The notes beneath the pieces were generated by a model that worked only from the letters and a program-made list of their open reading frames with translations, searched no databases and was not told the origin of the DNA. The translations under genes and the position numbers were made by a program. A stretch of 64,000 nucleotides of DNA from Hydrolagus affinis (taxonomy: Eukaryota), in the NCBI GenBank assembly GCA_012026655.1, contig JAAILG010000225.1, positions 1-64,000 of the forward strand, written 5' to 3'. This document shows, in pieces, positions 61,336-64,000 of the stretch. Every line of letters starts with the position of its first letter. Within the stretch, counting starts at the first letter, position 1.

Positions 61336-62254
61336 GAATAATTTCTATTGTATAACCAGAGAATGTCAAAGTCATGCATGGTCTTTGCTGAGGTAAGGGT
61401 AATTGGAGGAATAAATTATTCAAATCTTTCTTCTGCAAACCCACCTGAATGCACGAGGCGATGGGGGTCCCACATGCTGTCGTCATTCTACGAGGCCCAA
61501 GCAAATGGATGAATGTTGTTTCTTGCCACAAATCTGTTTCTCCCAACAGTGATGTGGGCAGAAGCCACAAGTCTTTTTTCTAAAGCTGTGATTAACACAT
61601 GCTTGAATTGAGTTTTACAAAAGGAAAAGAACTGGGGAAGGGATGGTTCCATGCCTTAATCCACAGCCGTGTTGAATTCTTTGACACATTTGTCAAAGTT
61701 GAGTTGTGCCACATGAGCCTAGGTAGGTGCAGGTGGGATTTGGGAAACCAATTTGGTTACTGTCGTCCCTTCCTCTCCTGAGCTGCCTCATCCAAGATGC
61801 TGTTATTCACATTATTGGGAGAGTCATAATAATAATAATAATTATTATTATTCTAGACGTCTCAAAGCGCTGCATGAAATATACTGTCATGTGGGGCATT
61901 CTCAGTCATCCCAGCCCGATCCACCTCTTATCTGATGCCTTTTCAGTCCCTGGTATATTGGCCTCCTTCAACTAGCTACTGTATTTCTAAACTCTGCTCT
62001 GGAGTAAGAATAAATTAATGTGACCGGACAACTTTTTTGTGAAGTGCACTATAAAATCCCCAATCAGGTCCGGAAATGGGCTGAAGACATTAGGCCTCGT
62101 CAGCGGGTTGAGCTTATTGAGTATTCTATTACATAACACACTGAAAGGAAAAAGACTGATCAGCGCATTGGGGCATGTTTAACCGGGTGACCTGTACAAG
62201 ACGAGTTTTCATTGCATGCCGGGATTTCTTTTTGTTGTTGTTGTTGTTGTTCAC

Positions 62255-62340
62255 ACTCCCCCTGTGCAGCGCCTTGGGACATCCTCCCGACGTGAAAGGC
62301 GCTCTATAAATGTAATTTGTTGTTGTTGTTGTTGTTGTTG
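62255..62340 (+). mobile_element. Young L2 3' tail
   Basis: Identical to 23497-23570 over 74 nt; (gtt)n on both sides. Confidence 0.9.
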
Positions 62341-63065
62341 GGAAATTCAACCGAAGAGCTGCAGTTTTGTGCTTCCAAAGGAGGAGGAGCTCAATGTGGA
62401 GCTTTTATGAATATTTAACTGGACCGAGTCTCTTGATGGATCGCGTTTAATGCTGTGACCCTAATTAGACACGGCATTGAAAGCCGTGAGCAGCTTCAGC
62501 CATCTGACAAGCCTGAATGATCCAGAAAAATAGCCCTGGAATTTCAGAACATTCCGATTGTGACTAGTGACAACTTAAGGCCGCATCCCCTCTGATTTAT
62601 TACTCGCACTGTTAAAAGTTTTCCATTCCCAATAAAACTCCGTGCCTGTACATCTCCTTTGAACCGACACATCGTATTTGTTTTCGTGGGATGAGCAGAG
62701 CGTGGGGTAGGAAATGGAAACAGAAAACGCCAGTTTATCACAATTGCCTTGGACTTGTCACTCGCCCGAGTGCTGACCAGATGTGGATGATTGTTTTTTT
62801 TCATGATTCCTTTTTTTGAAAAGTCTTTGTTTAGTATTGGCAGCGTCCAGCAGTTTTTGGAGCTTGTATTTCCTGCATGTGTTGCGCATCAGCCAGTACG
62901 GAATTTAATATGATAGAAGCTCTTTTCCAGAAGGCTTGTTGGTTGAGACATTCCAGGACAATGACATTGCTTTATAGCTAGATGTTAAAGTTGGGGGGTT
63001 TTATGTGTGTGTGTATGAGTTTCATTTGTCCTTTTGGCCTTCATTTGTCATTCTTTTCTTTGCAG

Positions 63066-63129
63066 GTGTTTTCATTGTGCTGCACGTTTCTGATTCTCGT
63101 CACCTGAATGCGCCAAGCTTCGTAGTCAG
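63066..63129 (+). other. Candidate 64-nt exon, probably 5' UTR, of an unidentified plus-strand host gene
   Basis: Very strong acceptor (long pyrimidine tract ...ttcttttctttgcAG|G) and donor CAG|GTCGGT. Confidence 0.4.
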
Positions 63130-63224
63130 GTCGGTGTTCTCTGTGTCTGTCCATTCTGATTTTGTGGGTGAGGTTATGTGCCCATCGAGGTGGGGCAATG
63201 GGCTAGTGCTGGAGGATGGAGAAT

Positions 63225-63290
63225 AGGAACATAGCAAACACAGGAAAAGGAGGCCATTCAGTCCATTAAGCCGGTTCCCCCATTTGATAG
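63225..63290 (-). mobile_element. CR1 3' tail fragment
   Basis: aggaacatag...aggaggccattcagtcca. Confidence 0.6.
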
Positions 63291-64000
63291 GCAGATATGG
63301 TATACACAGTGCCCTCGCTTTTGCCTTACCCCATTTATTTTTCTCTTTTCCAACCAGTGTCAGCATCACAGTCACATATAGTGTAGCCACGCACAGATCT
63401 CTAATCTGCTGTAAAAATCAGTCTTCACGCACACACATATCTGCCCTGCCTCATTTCAATAATGTGACCTCTCTCACCCCAGCCACTCTTATGCTGACTC
63501 TGTACAATGTAGATTGATTATTAGTGCTGAATGATGGACGGGTTTGTGTTGTGAGTCCCTGTCTGTCTGTCAGGCTAGTTTTAAAGTGCCTAAATTTGGT
63601 TAGCAATAAGAGCCTTACAGCTGACGAGAGACAGAACGAGCTGCCCCAGTGTTTTGGATTAGACTCTAGGCCATGACTTAGAGGTGAAAGTGCAATAAGT
63701 TTAAAATTCACTGTTACCCATTCTCATATTTCATTGGCTGCCTGTTAACCTTTCCTGATTTTCTTTTTTAAACTACTTCCAAGTAGAACAATTCATTCTT
63801 TTTAAATGCAACCAGCGACTATTTGTGAAGGAAAGATGGACTGACATTGCTATTTCTGCTATTTTAGAACCAGGATTAACAGCTTCAATGTGTCCCATAC
63901 ATTTTTGATACACAGTAGTGCAGTAAAAGTCACATAAGTCTGATCTGTATAAACTCCCAAGTCATACATCTGCCTGTCTCATTCATGTGTTTATATGTGT

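Noticed and set aside
1-64000. CRISPR array or prokaryotic defence-type system
   Set aside because: The sequence is vertebrate; the recurring motifs are dispersed SINE and LINE copies, not regularly spaced repeats, and no operon-like ORFs exist

Overview
This is eukaryotic vertebrate DNA, almost entirely intronic or intergenic, with two 100-N assembly gaps. The repeats are a very abundant tRNA-headed SINE with an L2-like 3' tail, older DeuSINE (SacSINE1/AmnSINE-like) copies, and 5'-truncated L2 and CR1 LINEs. That mix points to a cartilaginous fish, probably a holocephalan such as the elephant shark (inference). No known protein-coding gene, rRNA, true tRNA or CRISPR array is recognisable, and nearly all ORFs in the track are repeat-derived or random. 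The main non-repeat signal is a chain of phase-compatible GT-AG exons on the minus strand (59127-49553) with a downstream AATAAA. These splice into an unrecognised 141-aa ORF, and a second overlapping frame also stays open for 124 codons. Scattered plus-strand splice signals and transcription-factor motif clusters suggest the window lies in the long 5' introns of an unidentified plus-strand host gene. Other observations are an unclassified repeat family, a palindromic MITE-like segment, nested retroposon insertions and SINE subfamily structure. Repeat boundaries were placed by eye and are approximate.
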